The notes under the pieces were generated by a model. The model saw only the letters and a program-made list of their open reading frames with translations, had not been told where the DNA came from and made no database searches. 26,059 nt of DNA from Acidobacteriota bacterium (GTDB lineage Bacteria > Acidobacteriota > Thermoanaerobaculia > Multivoradales > UBA5704). The position numbers and the translations under genes were made by a program. Below are positions 15,045 to 24,074 of this stretch, piece by piece (the first letter of the stretch is position 1; every line of letters starts with the position of its first letter). The stretch is taken from contig JBDTZG010000071.1 of assembly GCA_040005235.1 (NCBI GenBank), positions 1 to 26,059 of the forward strand, given 5' to 3'.

Positions 15045-16892
15045 ATGCACAATCCGTCCATGAAGCCTCTCGCCCTTCTCCTCGCCGCCTTCCTGCTGGC
15101 GTCCTTGGCCGGCGCCGCAGACCCGGTGACATGGCCCGAGCTGGCCGAGTCGGTCCGGCGGATCGAGGCTTTCGCGGCCTCCCGCGATCCGGCAGAGACC
15201 GAGAGCGCGAGGCTCAAGCGGTTCTTCGACCTCTACTGGGCCACCTCGCTTCTTCAGTCCCCCGGGCAAGCGGCGGTGGTGGGCGATCCCGGCGCGGGCG
15301 GCGGGTGGCCCGATTTCTCCGCCGAGGGGAGAACGCTCTCCTACCGCATCGCTCGTTCGGAGCTTGGTGCCCTCTCCTCCATCGACCGGGCCCGGCTCAC
15401 TCCGGACGAGCAGTTGAATTTCGATCTGCTTCGCCGCGGGTTGGATCTTTCGATCGAGGGGGAACGGTTCAAGGATCTGGACAGCCTCGTGATCGGTCCG
15501 ATGAGCGGCGTCGACCTGGAGCTCGCCCTATATTTGCCGTACCTGCCGGCGCGCACGGTCCAGGACTACGAGCGGATCCTCGCGTACCTTCGCGGCTTTC
15601 CCGGCGCGGTGGACCAGAACATTGCGCTGCTCGCCCAGGGCCTGGCCGCGAGAATCACGCCGCCGCGGATCACTCTGCGCGACGTGCCTGACCGGGTGGG
15701 CGGCCTGGTGGTCGATGATCCTTGGAAAAGCCCCATCCTTGCGCCATTCCAGGCGATTCCGGAATCAATGCCCGCGGCGGATCGGGAGCGGCTGCGGCGC
15801 GAGGCCGCCCGAGTCTTCACGGACGAGGTGGAACCGGCCGGCCGCAAGCTTCGCGACTACCTGGCCGTTACATACGTTCCGAGGGCGCGCGAGAGCGTCG
15901 GCGTCGACGGCCTGCCGGACGGCAAGGCTTTCTACGCCTACATGCTGCGGGCGAACACGACGACCCATCTGACGCCGGATCAGATCCACGAGCTCGGCCT
16001 CTCAGAAGTTCGGCGCATCCGCGGAGAGATGGACGCGGTGATCGCCTCGACCGGATTCAAAGGAAGCTTCGAGGAGCTCTTGCGCTTCCTGCGCACCGAT
16101 CCGAGGTTTTATTTCGACAAGCCAGAGGATCTGGTGGCGGCGTACCGCGACATAGCGAAGCGGATCGACCCCGAGCTTATCAAGCTCTTTCGCCACCTGC
16201 CGCGGCTCCCCTACGGCGTCAAAGCGCTCGAAGACGAGGGAGCAAAGTCGGCGCCCGCCGGGTACTACAACAGCGGGGCGCTCTCCACCGGCCTGCCGGG
16301 TTGGTTCCTGGTCAACATTTACGACTTGAAGTCGCGCCCGAAGTGGGCGATGGAAGCGTTGATCCTTCACGAGGCCGTGCCGGGGCACCATCTTCAGTAC
16401 GCCATCGCGCAGGAGTTGGAGGACTTGCCCGAGTGGCGCAAGTGGGACGTCTACCCGGCGTTCGCCGAAGGCTGGGCGCTCTATGCCGAAGGTCTGGGCA
16501 CGGAGCTAGGGCTCTTTAAGGACCCTTACTCCAACTTCGGCCGGCTATCGAACGAGATCTGGCGGGCGATACGCCTCGTCGTCGACACCGGAATTCACGA
16601 TCGGGGATGGAGCCGCCAGAAGGCGATCGACTATTACACCGCGAACACGGCCCGAAGTGCGCACGAGATCGAGAACGAAGTAGACCGCATCATCAATCGC
16701 CCGGGCACCGTGCCGGTCTACAAGATCGGACAGCTGAAGATCCGGGAGCTGCGGGCCTACGCCGAGAAGGAGCTGGGGCCGGCGTTTGATATACGGGCTT
16801 TCCACGACCACCTGCTGGGGCATGGCCAGTTGCCGCTGGATTTGCTAGAGGCGAGCGTGAAGGCTTGGGTGGCGGGCCAGATCACTCGATAG
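15045..16892 (+). CDS. Secreted DUF885 family protein (putative metallopeptidase)
   Basis: Signal peptide MKPLALLLAAFLLASLAGA; motifs 'LPDGKAFY', 'HELGLSEV.RI', 'HEAVPGHHLQ', 'EGWALYAE', 'RAIRLVVDTGIH', 'YKIGQLKI', 'FDIRAFHD'. GGGAG RBS before ATG 15045. Confidence 0.9.
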   Translation: MHNPSMKPLALLLAAFLLASLAGAADPVTWPELAESVRRIEAFAASRDPAETESARLKRFFDLYWATSLLQSPGQAAVVGDPGAGGGWPDFSAEGRTLSYRIARSELGALSSIDRARLTPDEQLNFDLLRRGLDLSIEGERFKDLDSLVIGPMSGVDLELALYLPYLPARTVQDYERILAYLRGFPGAVDQNIALLAQGLAARITPPRITLRDVPDRVGGLVVDDPWKSPILAPFQAIPESMPAADRERLRREAARVFTDEVEPAGRKLRDYLAVTYVPRARESVGVDGLPDGKAFYAYMLRANTTTHLTPDQIHELGLSEVRRIRGEMDAVIASTGFKGSFEELLRFLRTDPRFYFDKPEDLVAAYRDIAKRIDPELIKLFRHLPRLPYGVKALEDEGAKSAPAGYYNSGALSTGLPGWFLVNIYDLKSRPKWAMEALILHEAVPGHHLQYAIAQELEDLPEWRKWDVYPAFAEGWALYAEGLGTELGLFKDPYSNFGRLSNEIWRAIRLVVDTGIHDRGWSRQKAIDYYTANTARSAHEIENEVDRIINRPGTVPVYKIGQLKIRELRAYAEKELGPAFDIRAFHDHLLGHGQLPLDLLEASVKAWVAGQITR

Positions 16893-17364
16893 ACATCTGC
16901 CCGCCGGAAGGTGAAGGCTCGCCCGCCCGCTCTTCGACTTCGGCGGTCTCGCCGTGGATCGCCAGGGTCACGATTCGGTCGGTGACCGCTTGCAGGTGAG
17001 CGCGGAGCGTCGCGTCGAGCTGCTGAAACTCGGGCCACAGCACCTCGTCTACGAACGTCGCGGCCACCCGGACCATCACCGTCGTGCGGCGCTGCCGCCG
17101 ATAACGGTAGGGTCGTAGTCCGTAGCGACGAAGAAGAGCGATGAACAGCCGGCTCGACCAGCCGTCGGCCATCGTGAACCGATATTCGACCGGCCGCTCG
17201 GTCTTCTCCAAGAGCAGAAGCCGCGCCCGAATACGATCCCGGGCACTCTCCGCCGCGGCGCGCTCTCCCGCCGTGGCGCCGCGGGCGAACAGCGTCTCGA
17301 TCTTGGCCAGCTTTTCAATCAGCCGCCGTTCTTCATCGGCCGCACTTAGGAACGGATCTGCCAC
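16882..17364 (-). CDS. Hypothetical protein (160 aa)
   Basis: GTG at 17364 with AGGAGG RBS. N-terminal 'LIEKLAKIETLFARGATAGERAAA' (DUF2786-like helical hairpin), then 'LFIALLRRYGLRPYRYRRQRRTTVMVR...LWPEF'. 11-bp convergent overlap with the DUF885 gene. Confidence 0.75.
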   Translation of the reverse strand: MADPFLSAADEERRLIEKLAKIETLFARGATAGERAAAESARDRIRARLLLLEKTERPVEYRFTMADGWSSRLFIALLRRYGLRPYRYRRQRRTTVMVRVAATFVDEVLWPEFQQLDATLRAHLQAVTDRIVTLAIHGETAEVEERAGEPSPSGGQMSIE

Positions 17365-17534
17365 CAAGGCCTCCTGGATCGAGCAGCGAGCGGCCGCACC
17401 CGGGCCATTGTACAAGCACTATGGACAGCACGAGCTGGAGCCGCGTTTCACCGCCGGCTTCAGTCGAAGGCCGGTTCGAGGCGATCGCCGCCAAGATCCC
17501 CCGCCAGCCCTTCCACCCGATAAGATCCGCCCCG

Positions 17535-18410
17535 ATGAGCGCCAAGCCTTTCCACCAGCTGCGGGTCGTGTTCGAGATGATCAAGATTGAGCACACCCTG
17601 TTCGCCTTGCCGTTCGCCTTGCTGGGGATGATGCTTGCGGCGGAGGGGTGGCCGGCCTGGGCGAAGGTCGGGTGGATTGCGGTGGCGATGGTTGGGGCGC
17701 GGAGCGCTGCGATGGGGTTCAATCGCCTGGTGGATGCTCGGATCGACGCGGCGAATCCTCGGACGTCGATGCGGGCGCTTCCGGCGGGGTTGGTCACCCC
17801 GGGCTTCGTCGGTTTGTTCGTTGCGGCCAGCTCCGCCCTGCTGGTGTTTGCGGCTTGGCGGTTGAATCCGCTGGCTCTGGCTCTGTCGCCGGTCGCTCTT
17901 GGGATTCTGTTTCTCTATTCGTACACCAAGCGGTTCACCTGGATCTGCCATTTGATCCTGGGGCTCGCGCTTTCGGGCGCGCCCCTCGGGGCGTGGATCG
18001 CCGTGCGCGGGGATGTTCAGGCGACGCCTGTTGTCTTGGCGCTCGCCGTGCTGCTCTGGACCGCCGGGTTCGACGTGCTCTATGCGCTTCAGGACGTCGA
18101 TTTCGATCGGAAGAAGGGCCTGTTTTCGATCCCCGCCCGGTTCGGCGTCGTTCCCGCGCTCTGGATTTCCGGCTTGCTGCACGTCGGGGTGCTTGCGCTG
18201 CTCGCGCTCATTCCGCGGATCTACCCGCCGGGTTTGGGTGTCGGGTATGCGGTCGGTTGGGTCGGCTGCCTGGTGCTTCTTGCGTACCAGCACTGGATCG
18301 TTCGGCCGAACGATTTCTCTCGGCTGAACGCGGCGTTTTTTACTACGAACGGGTTGCTGTCGGTTTGGTTGTTCTTGACCGCGGCGTTCGATCTGATGCG
18401 GGCGGGGTGA
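17535..18410 (+). CDS. UbiA-family prenyltransferase (MqnP-like, futalosine menaquinone pathway)
   Basis: Motifs 'IKIEHTLFALPFA', 'ARSAAMGFNRLVDARIDAANPRT', 'YSYTKRF', 'GFDVLYALQD..FD', 'NAAFFTTNG'. Confidence 0.9.
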   Translation: MSAKPFHQLRVVFEMIKIEHTLFALPFALLGMMLAAEGWPAWAKVGWIAVAMVGARSAAMGFNRLVDARIDAANPRTSMRALPAGLVTPGFVGLFVAASSALLVFAAWRLNPLALALSPVALGILFLYSYTKRFTWICHLILGLALSGAPLGAWIAVRGDVQATPVVLALAVLLWTAGFDVLYALQDVDFDRKKGLFSIPARFGVVPALWISGLLHVGVLALLALIPRIYPPGLGVGYAVGWVGCLVLLAYQHWIVRPNDFSRLNAAFFTTNGLLSVWLFLTAAFDLMRAG

Positions 18411-18447
18411 AGGCCCTGCGCTCGGCGCCCTTGGCCGCTCGGCTTTT

Positions 18448-18475
18448 GCGCCGGCGAGACGCCGGCGGTCCCAGG
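18448..18475. repeat. REP-like palindrome, copy 2 (hairpin + TCCCAGG tail)
   Basis: GCGCCGGCG-AGA-CGCCGGCG-GTCCCAGG between the convergent ubiA-like and peptidase genes. Confidence 0.6.
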
Positions 18476-18504
18476 AGGCCCACGGGGCAAATGATTTTCC
18501 GGGC

Positions 18505-21291
18505 TTAGCGACTTACTAGGACTCGAAAGCCGGTGTAGGCGGGGCTGGGTGGCTCCGAGCTGCGCGAATCGTTCGGGCGCTCGGCGCTGGGGCCGATCGC
18601 TATTCCTTTTCCGCCGTCGGCCGCCGCCCACTCTGCCGCGTTGCCGTCGAGATCGAACAGCGCGGCGCTTCCTTCGCCCAGGCTGGTGTGGCTGCCGGTC
18701 GGTTCGAGCAGGGGGGCGGAGCCGGTCTTGCCGAAGGCTTTTTCGATCGCCGTGCGGATCGCAGCTAGATCGTCCGGGTTTGGCGTGTAGCCGACCCAGG
18801 TGTCCAGTGTGTTGCCGCCGGTTCCCGCTTCGTCGGCCAGGGCTTGCGCCTCGTCTTCCGTGGGGAGGCGGAACGCCTGGCCGGATTTCTTCGCGAGCCA
18901 GGCGGCGTAGCTCTTGGCGCGCTCGAACGGCACGATGGCGGGAAGGTTCTCTTCCCCGGGAAGGGCCGGGAAGGCGGGATCGAAGGCCGCGAGCTGCGCG
19001 CGGGTCACTTCGAAACGGCCGACGTCTTGGCCGTCGTGCGGCGCGGTTTCGGGGATCAGCGAGCCGTCTACGAGGAGGCCCCAGGCCGCCCCTTGGCGCG
19101 CCGCGGTTTTCTTGGCGAGCAGGCCGGCGAGCGCCGATCCTTCGGGGATCGCCGGGTGCAGGTCGGCCGGGCGCTCGAACAGGTAGCGGTCGAACCAGGC
19201 CAGATCCTCTTCGATCTTCCGCCGCTGGTGGGCCGGTTCGAGCAGCGCGTGCGGCTCGCCGGGGAAGAGCACCAGGCGGGTCGGCGCTTTGCCGATCTGC
19301 TGCAAGGCGCGAAACAGCGACCACGACTGGTCTGGCGGTACCGAGCGGTCGGCCGTTCCGGCGTAGGCGATGGTCGGCGTGGTGACATCCTTCAAGCGGA
19401 AGAAGGGCGACTTTTGGATGTAGTGGTCGAGCTTTTCCCACGGCGGCCCGCCGAAGTAGTAGTTGTCGAACGCGGCGCCGAAATCGACGTTGCCCCAGTC
19501 GCTGATCCATTCGACGTCGGCGGCGCCGATCGACGCCGCCTTGTAGCGGCGGGTACGGGTGATCAGCTCGGCGGTCAGGATGCCGCCGTTCGACCAGCCG
19601 AGGCTGCCGAGCTTTTCGGGGTTCACCAAACCGCGGGCGATCAGGGCGTCGACCCCTTTTTCGAGGTCCGGCACCTCCAGCTCGTAGTAGCGGCCGGCGA
19701 TCGATTCGACCCATTCCAGGCCGTAGCCGGCGCTGCCGTGGTAGTTGGCGGAGAGCACGAAGGCGCCGCGGTCGCGCAGCAGGATCTCCGGCGCGCTCCA
19801 ATCCTCCGCCCAGGTGTCGCGGTCGGTCTCGTTCGGGCCGCCGTGGATCGCGAGCACCAGGGGGCGCTTTTCGCCGATCTTCCAGTCGAGCGGATAGCGG
19901 AGGATGCCCTCGACCGTGTCGCCTTTGGCGCCTTTCCAGTGAACGATCTCGCTCCGGCCGGTGGGCTTGTCCTCCCAGTCGGGGTTGAGCGCGGTGATCC
20001 GGCGCTCGGCCGTGAGCTTTCCGCCTTCGAGCTTGGCGACGAACCCCTGCGGCGGCCGGGTGGCCGACGAATGCTCGTAGACGAGCGTTTTGCCGTCCGC
20101 CGAGAGCGTCCACGAATCGAGGTTCTTCGCGTGGGTCCCCGAGAGATCCTGCCGTTTGAAGCCGCCACGGGTGCGGGTAAACCGCGCCGGCCGGTAGCGG
20201 ACGCCGTCGGCCAGCAGGGCGAGAAATCCGTCGGCGAGCGGCTCGACGGGTGCGGCGAGGCCGCGCGGCCAACCGAGGTCGATCCGCTGCGCGGCGCGGC
20301 TCGACAGATCGTAGAACCAGAGGTCGGTGACGGTTGCCATCCGGTAGGTCGGGTGGGTCGTCCGCTCTTCCGTGAAGTAGAAGCCGGAGCTGTCGGGCGC
20401 CCAGCGCAGCCCTTGCGGCACGACCGCCGGGCCGGCCACGAACAGATCGGTTTCGGCGCCGGTCGAAAGATCGATCAGGAAAGTGCGCGGCCGGATCCTC
20501 TGGTCGAAGTTGTAGGAGAGGCTGCGCGCCGCGGAGGCCACCGCGAGCTTGCCGTCCGGAGCGACCGCGAGGGCGTCGATCCAATCGCGATTGGTGGTCA
20601 GGCGATGAATCTCACCCTGGGGCTGGAGCGCGCCGCCGTCTTCGTCGAGCTCGACCCGAAACAGCCGCACGGCCGGCTCGTTTTCCGCATCGTCGACGAC
20701 GATCGCAGTATCGCTGGCTTCCTCGCGCCGCCGCTCGCGCTCCGAGGGGGACTCCGCCGCGACCACCACCAGGGTGCGCGAGTCGATCCAGGCGAACTCC
20801 TGCACGTCGCGATCGAAGCGGGTTGCGGGGTAAGACTCGCCGCCGGTAAGCGGCAGGATCCACACCTGTTCCGTGCCGTCGGCGGGAGTTTCGCCGCCAT
20901 CGCCCGGCGCGCGATCCGAAAGAAAGGCGAGCCGGCGGGAGTCGGGGGAAAAGCGGGGGCGGGACGCCTGCTCGATGCCGCGGGTCATGCGCGCGGCCGG
21001 TGCGGTTTCGCGGCCGGCGCCGTTCAGGCGGGCGAGCCAGACCTGGGCAACCGTCTGCTCGCCGCTTTCGCCGGCCACCACCTCGGACTGGACCCAGGCG
21101 GCGGCGGTGCCATCCTGGGAAATCGTCCAATCCCCGGCGGCTTGCGCGTGGACCAGGTCGTCGGCGGTCCAGTTGGCTGGCGGAGGGGGTGACGCGGCGC
21201 TCGCAGGGTCCGCAGTGAGCGCAGGGAGCGCAACGACCGCGGTGATTGAAGCCAGGGCGAGCCAAGACAGAGTGGCGAGGACGGGGCGCAT
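18505..21291 (-). CDS. Secreted S9 (prolyl oligopeptidase/acylaminoacyl peptidase-like) serine peptidase with C-terminal FGE/SUMF1-type domain
   Basis: Signal peptide; propeller repeats (FSPDSRRLAF, APDGK, WAPDS); IHGGP; triad GWSNGG / TADRSV / GEPH; C-terminal RFEVT..Q, FRLPTEDE, LFDLDGNAAEW, GFR. Confidence 0.9.
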   Translation of the reverse strand: MRPVLATLSWLALASITAVVALPALTADPASAASPPPPANWTADDLVHAQAAGDWTISQDGTAAAWVQSEVVAGESGEQTVAQVWLARLNGAGRETAPAARMTRGIEQASRPRFSPDSRRLAFLSDRAPGDGGETPADGTEQVWILPLTGGESYPATRFDRDVQEFAWIDSRTLVVVAAESPSERERRREEASDTAIVVDDAENEPAVRLFRVELDEDGGALQPQGEIHRLTTNRDWIDALAVAPDGKLAVASAARSLSYNFDQRIRPRTFLIDLSTGAETDLFVAGPAVVPQGLRWAPDSSGFYFTEERTTHPTYRMATVTDLWFYDLSSRAAQRIDLGWPRGLAAPVEPLADGFLALLADGVRYRPARFTRTRGGFKRQDLSGTHAKNLDSWTLSADGKTLVYEHSSATRPPQGFVAKLEGGKLTAERRITALNPDWEDKPTGRSEIVHWKGAKGDTVEGILRYPLDWKIGEKRPLVLAIHGGPNETDRDTWAEDWSAPEILLRDRGAFVLSANYHGSAGYGLEWVESIAGRYYELEVPDLEKGVDALIARGLVNPEKLGSLGWSNGGILTAELITRTRRYKAASIGAADVEWISDWGNVDFGAAFDNYYFGGPPWEKLDHYIQKSPFFRLKDVTTPTIAYAGTADRSVPPDQSWSLFRALQQIGKAPTRLVLFPGEPHALLEPAHQRRKIEEDLAWFDRYLFERPADLHPAIPEGSALAGLLAKKTAARQGAAWGLLVDGSLIPETAPHDGQDVGRFEVTRAQLAAFDPAFPALPGEENLPAIVPFERAKSYAAWLAKKSGQAFRLPTEDEAQALADEAGTGGNTLDTWVGYTPNPDDLAAIRTAIEKAFGKTGSAPLLEPTGSHTSLGEGSAALFDLDGNAAEWAAADGGKGIAIGPSAERPNDSRSSEPPSPAYTGFRVLVSR

Positions 21292-21329
21292 GGGGTTGCC
21301 CCGAGGGGCGGTGCCTTCCGGGGGGTCGA

Positions 21330-21722
21330 TTAGCCTTCGGCCTGCTTGAAGATGATCTTCACGCCGTCGGGATCGTGGGTTTCGAAGACCAACACGCCGT
21401 CGCCGTCGCGCCGCAGGCCGCCCGGGATGTTCCGCTCGCGGAAGCTGATCTCTTCGAACGCTTTTTCGGCCGAGGGCACGATCAACGTCAGGGTCAGCTT
21501 GTGATCGGGACCCTGGTAGGCGAATCCCTCGTCTTGAAAGCGGACGCCGGAAGGCGAGCCGAGCACCTCGATCGCTCCCGATCCGGCCTGGAACACGGCC
21601 CCTCGACCCTCCTCACGCTCCCAGGTCTGGAGCCGGGGCAGCGCCAGGGATTCGCCGTAAAACCGGCTCGTGCGCTCGAAGCTCTTGGCCCTGACGACCA
21701 CCCGGAACTGCCGGATATCCAT
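21330..21722 (-). CDS. VOC/glyoxalase family protein
   Basis: Glyoxalase-fold pattern 'FERTSRFYGESLAL' and 'FETHDPDGVKI'; GGAGAACGAAGG RBS region. Confidence 0.8.
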   Translation of the reverse strand: MDIRQFRVVVRAKSFERTSRFYGESLALPRLQTWEREEGRGAVFQAGSGAIEVLGSPSGVRFQDEGFAYQGPDHKLTLTLIVPSAEKAFEEISFRERNIPGGLRRDGDGVLVFETHDPDGVKIIFKQAEG

Positions 21723-21855
21723 ACCTTCGTTCTCCCCATGGAAGCGTTGCGCTTGGAGCTAGAGATTTACCACGTCCGGGCCGGGGTTTCCAGGTGGCGC
21801 CCCGAAAAGCCCCGGGGCGCTTCTCGCCGCAGCCCCGGTGGTATCCTTCAGAGTC

Positions 21856-23487
21856 GTGAATCCTCTGCGTTTCAGCCCCCCGCTCCGCTCGCTCATCTTG
21901 CTCCTTCCGGTCCTGCTCGGCGCCCAGGCCGAGGCGCCGCCGCGGGCGCCGCTCGTCACGGTCGAGGGGCGGGAGATTCCGGCCCTGGTGGTGGTCGGCC
22001 CGGCCGGACCGCTGTTCGCCCTCGCCCCGGTGTCCGAGGCGCTCGGCGGCAAGCTCGGTCCGGGCGAGGGGGGCAGCTACCTGCTCTCGATCGGCGACGC
22101 CCAGGTGGTGCTCGCGGCGGGCAGCCCGGTGGTGACGGTGGGCTCCGACATCGTGTCCCTCTCCCAGCCGGTGACCCCCGGCGGCGGCGGCTTGATGGTG
22201 CCGCTCGATCTGCTGAGGAAGACCTTCGGCGATCTCGCCGGCTGGTCGATCGACTGGCTGCCCGAGGCGTCGCGCCTGTCGATCGCGAAACGCCAGGCGC
22301 GGCTGATGCCGGTGGCGGTCGACGTCGTCCATCTCCAGGGGACGACCACGGTGGTGCTCCAGTTTCCCGCGGCACCGCGCTACAAGATCGATCAGCAGCC
22401 CGGGCGGATCGAGGTGCGGATGCTCGGCGACCGAATTTCGGCGTCGCTGCCTTCGACGCTCAACGACCCGCTGGTCGAAGCGGTCGATCCGAGCCCCGAC
22501 CGGCTGGTCATCCGGCTGTTGCTCGGCGCCACGGCGGACAGCTATACCCTTGAGAACCCGTTCCGCATCGTGTTCGACGTCCATCAGCCCGGCCCGGCGA
22601 CCGGACCGGTCGGCAGCGGGCCGGCTCCCGCTCTCGATCGGCCGGGAATTCGGACGATCGTGATCGATCCGGGCCACGGCGGCACCGAGACCGGCGCGAT
22701 CGGACCGAGCGGCGTGCAGGAAAAAGAGCTGACCCTGCTGCTCGCCCGGGCGCTCGCGAGCCAGCTGGCCGAACGGCTGGGGGTCCGCACCGAGCTGACC
22801 CGCACCAACGACAGCGTCGTTTCCTTCGATGCGCGCACCGCGCTCGCGAACCAGAACAAGGCGGACCTGTTCATTTCGATCCATCTGAACTCGTCGCTCG
22901 GGAGCGGAGCGCACGGTGCCGAGACCTACTTTCTGGCGAACCGGGCCACCGACCCACGCGCGGCAGACTCGGCGAACGTCGAAAACGGCGCCGCGGCCGG
23001 GTACGGGCTCGCCGGGGTTGCCGATCCCGCCGCCCTGGAGGATCTCCAGCTGATGCTTTGGGACCTGGCGCAGAGCCGCTTTCTGGAACAGAGCCAGCGG
23101 CTCGCGAACTTGATCCAGGGCGAGCTGAACCAGGCGCTGGACCTGAAAGACCGGGGGGTCAAGCAGGCTCCGTTCCGCGTGCTGGTGGGTGCCGCGATGC
23201 CCGCGGTGCTGGTCGAGCTGGGCTTCATCAGCAACCCGGACGAAGAGAAGAAGCTGCAGGATGCCGGCTATCGGGCTCAACTGGTCGACGCCCTGGTGCG
23301 CGCGGTCGGGCACTACAAAGAGCTGGTGGAGGCGCGCTCCGCTCCGGCGGGCGAACCGGGTACCCCCGGCGCTCCCGGCACCCCGGGGGCAGCCAACGGC
23401 GACGAAACCGCCCCCGCGCCCGCCTCGCCGGCGCCGGCCGCCCCGGCCCCTCCGCCGCCGGGAAAGCGCCCGAAAGCGCCGCGATGA
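21856..23487 (+). CDS. N-acetylmuramoyl-L-alanine amidase (Amidase_3, AmiC-like)
   Basis: Signal peptide; AMIN-like 'LENPFRIVFDV'; Zn-site motifs 'IDPGHGG', 'EKEL', 'FISIHLNS', 'PAVLVELGFISNP'. GTG at 21856 preferred to 21838. Confidence 0.92.
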   Translation: MNPLRFSPPLRSLILLLPVLLGAQAEAPPRAPLVTVEGREIPALVVVGPAGPLFALAPVSEALGGKLGPGEGGSYLLSIGDAQVVLAAGSPVVTVGSDIVSLSQPVTPGGGGLMVPLDLLRKTFGDLAGWSIDWLPEASRLSIAKRQARLMPVAVDVVHLQGTTTVVLQFPAAPRYKIDQQPGRIEVRMLGDRISASLPSTLNDPLVEAVDPSPDRLVIRLLLGATADSYTLENPFRIVFDVHQPGPATGPVGSGPAPALDRPGIRTIVIDPGHGGTETGAIGPSGVQEKELTLLLARALASQLAERLGVRTELTRTNDSVVSFDARTALANQNKADLFISIHLNSSLGSGAHGAETYFLANRATDPRAADSANVENGAAAGYGLAGVADPAALEDLQLMLWDLAQSRFLEQSQRLANLIQGELNQALDLKDRGVKQAPFRVLVGAAMPAVLVELGFISNPDEEKKLQDAGYRAQLVDALVRAVGHYKELVEARSAPAGEPGTPGAPGTPGAANGDETAPAPASPAPAAPAPPPPGKRPKAPR

Positions 23488-24059
23488 ACCGGACCGCGGC
23501 GAAAGTCATCCTCGCACTGCTGGCGGTCGTCGTAATCGGCGGCGGCATCTGGCTGCTCTCATCCCGCGGCGGCAAGCGGGGGCTTTCCGGCGTGATCGAC
23601 ACGCTCACCGGCGCCCCTCCGCCGGGGACAGAAAGAATTACCGTCTCGCTCTACTTTCCCGGCCCGGGCGAATACCTGATTCCGGAACGGCGGGTGCTCG
23701 ACGTGACGCCGGACACCCGGGATCGCGTCCGCAAGATCGTCCAGGCGGTGCTCGACGGACCGCAGCAGGGCGACCTCGGCCGCTCGTTTCCCGAAGGGGT
23801 CGCCGTGGGCGGCGTGCTGCTGGGCGGCGACGGCATGGCCTACGTCGATCTCCATTCGGAGACGCTCGCCGATCCTCCTTCGTCCGGCTCGCTCGCCGAG
23901 ATGCAACGGGTGTTTTCGCTGGTCGACTCGATCGCCTTGAACGTCGAGCAGGTGTCGCGCGTGGCACTGCTCTGGAACGGCGTCCAGCGCGAGAGCTTCG
24001 GCGGGCACCTCGACACCAGCCGCCCGTTCGTCGCCGACCGCAGCATGTTGGCCCCTTAG
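23484..24059 (+). CDS. GerMN domain membrane-anchored protein
   Basis: ATGA overlap with the amidase stop, N-terminal TM helix, 'SLYFP...LIPERR', 'VQAVLDGP', 'AYVDL', 'SLVDSI..N..V.RVALL.NG...GHLD'. Confidence 0.85.
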   Translation: MNRTAAKVILALLAVVVIGGGIWLLSSRGGKRGLSGVIDTLTGAPPPGTERITVSLYFPGPGEYLIPERRVLDVTPDTRDRVRKIVQAVLDGPQQGDLGRSFPEGVAVGGVLLGGDGMAYVDLHSETLADPPSSGSLAEMQRVFSLVDSIALNVEQVSRVALLWNGVQRESFGGHLDTSRPFVADRSMLAP

Positions 24060-24074
24060 CCGTAGCTCCTCGAC

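Noticed and set aside
8026-17364. Integron cassette array or prophage explaining the accessory block
   Set aside because: Genes alternate in orientation, I could not identify repeated attC sites, and there are no integrase or phage genes.
18221-23313. Long alternative ORFs (787, 782, 435 and 566 aa) overlapping the peptidase and amidase genes
   Set aside because: They overlap well-supported genes, have low-information composition and show no recognisable motifs.
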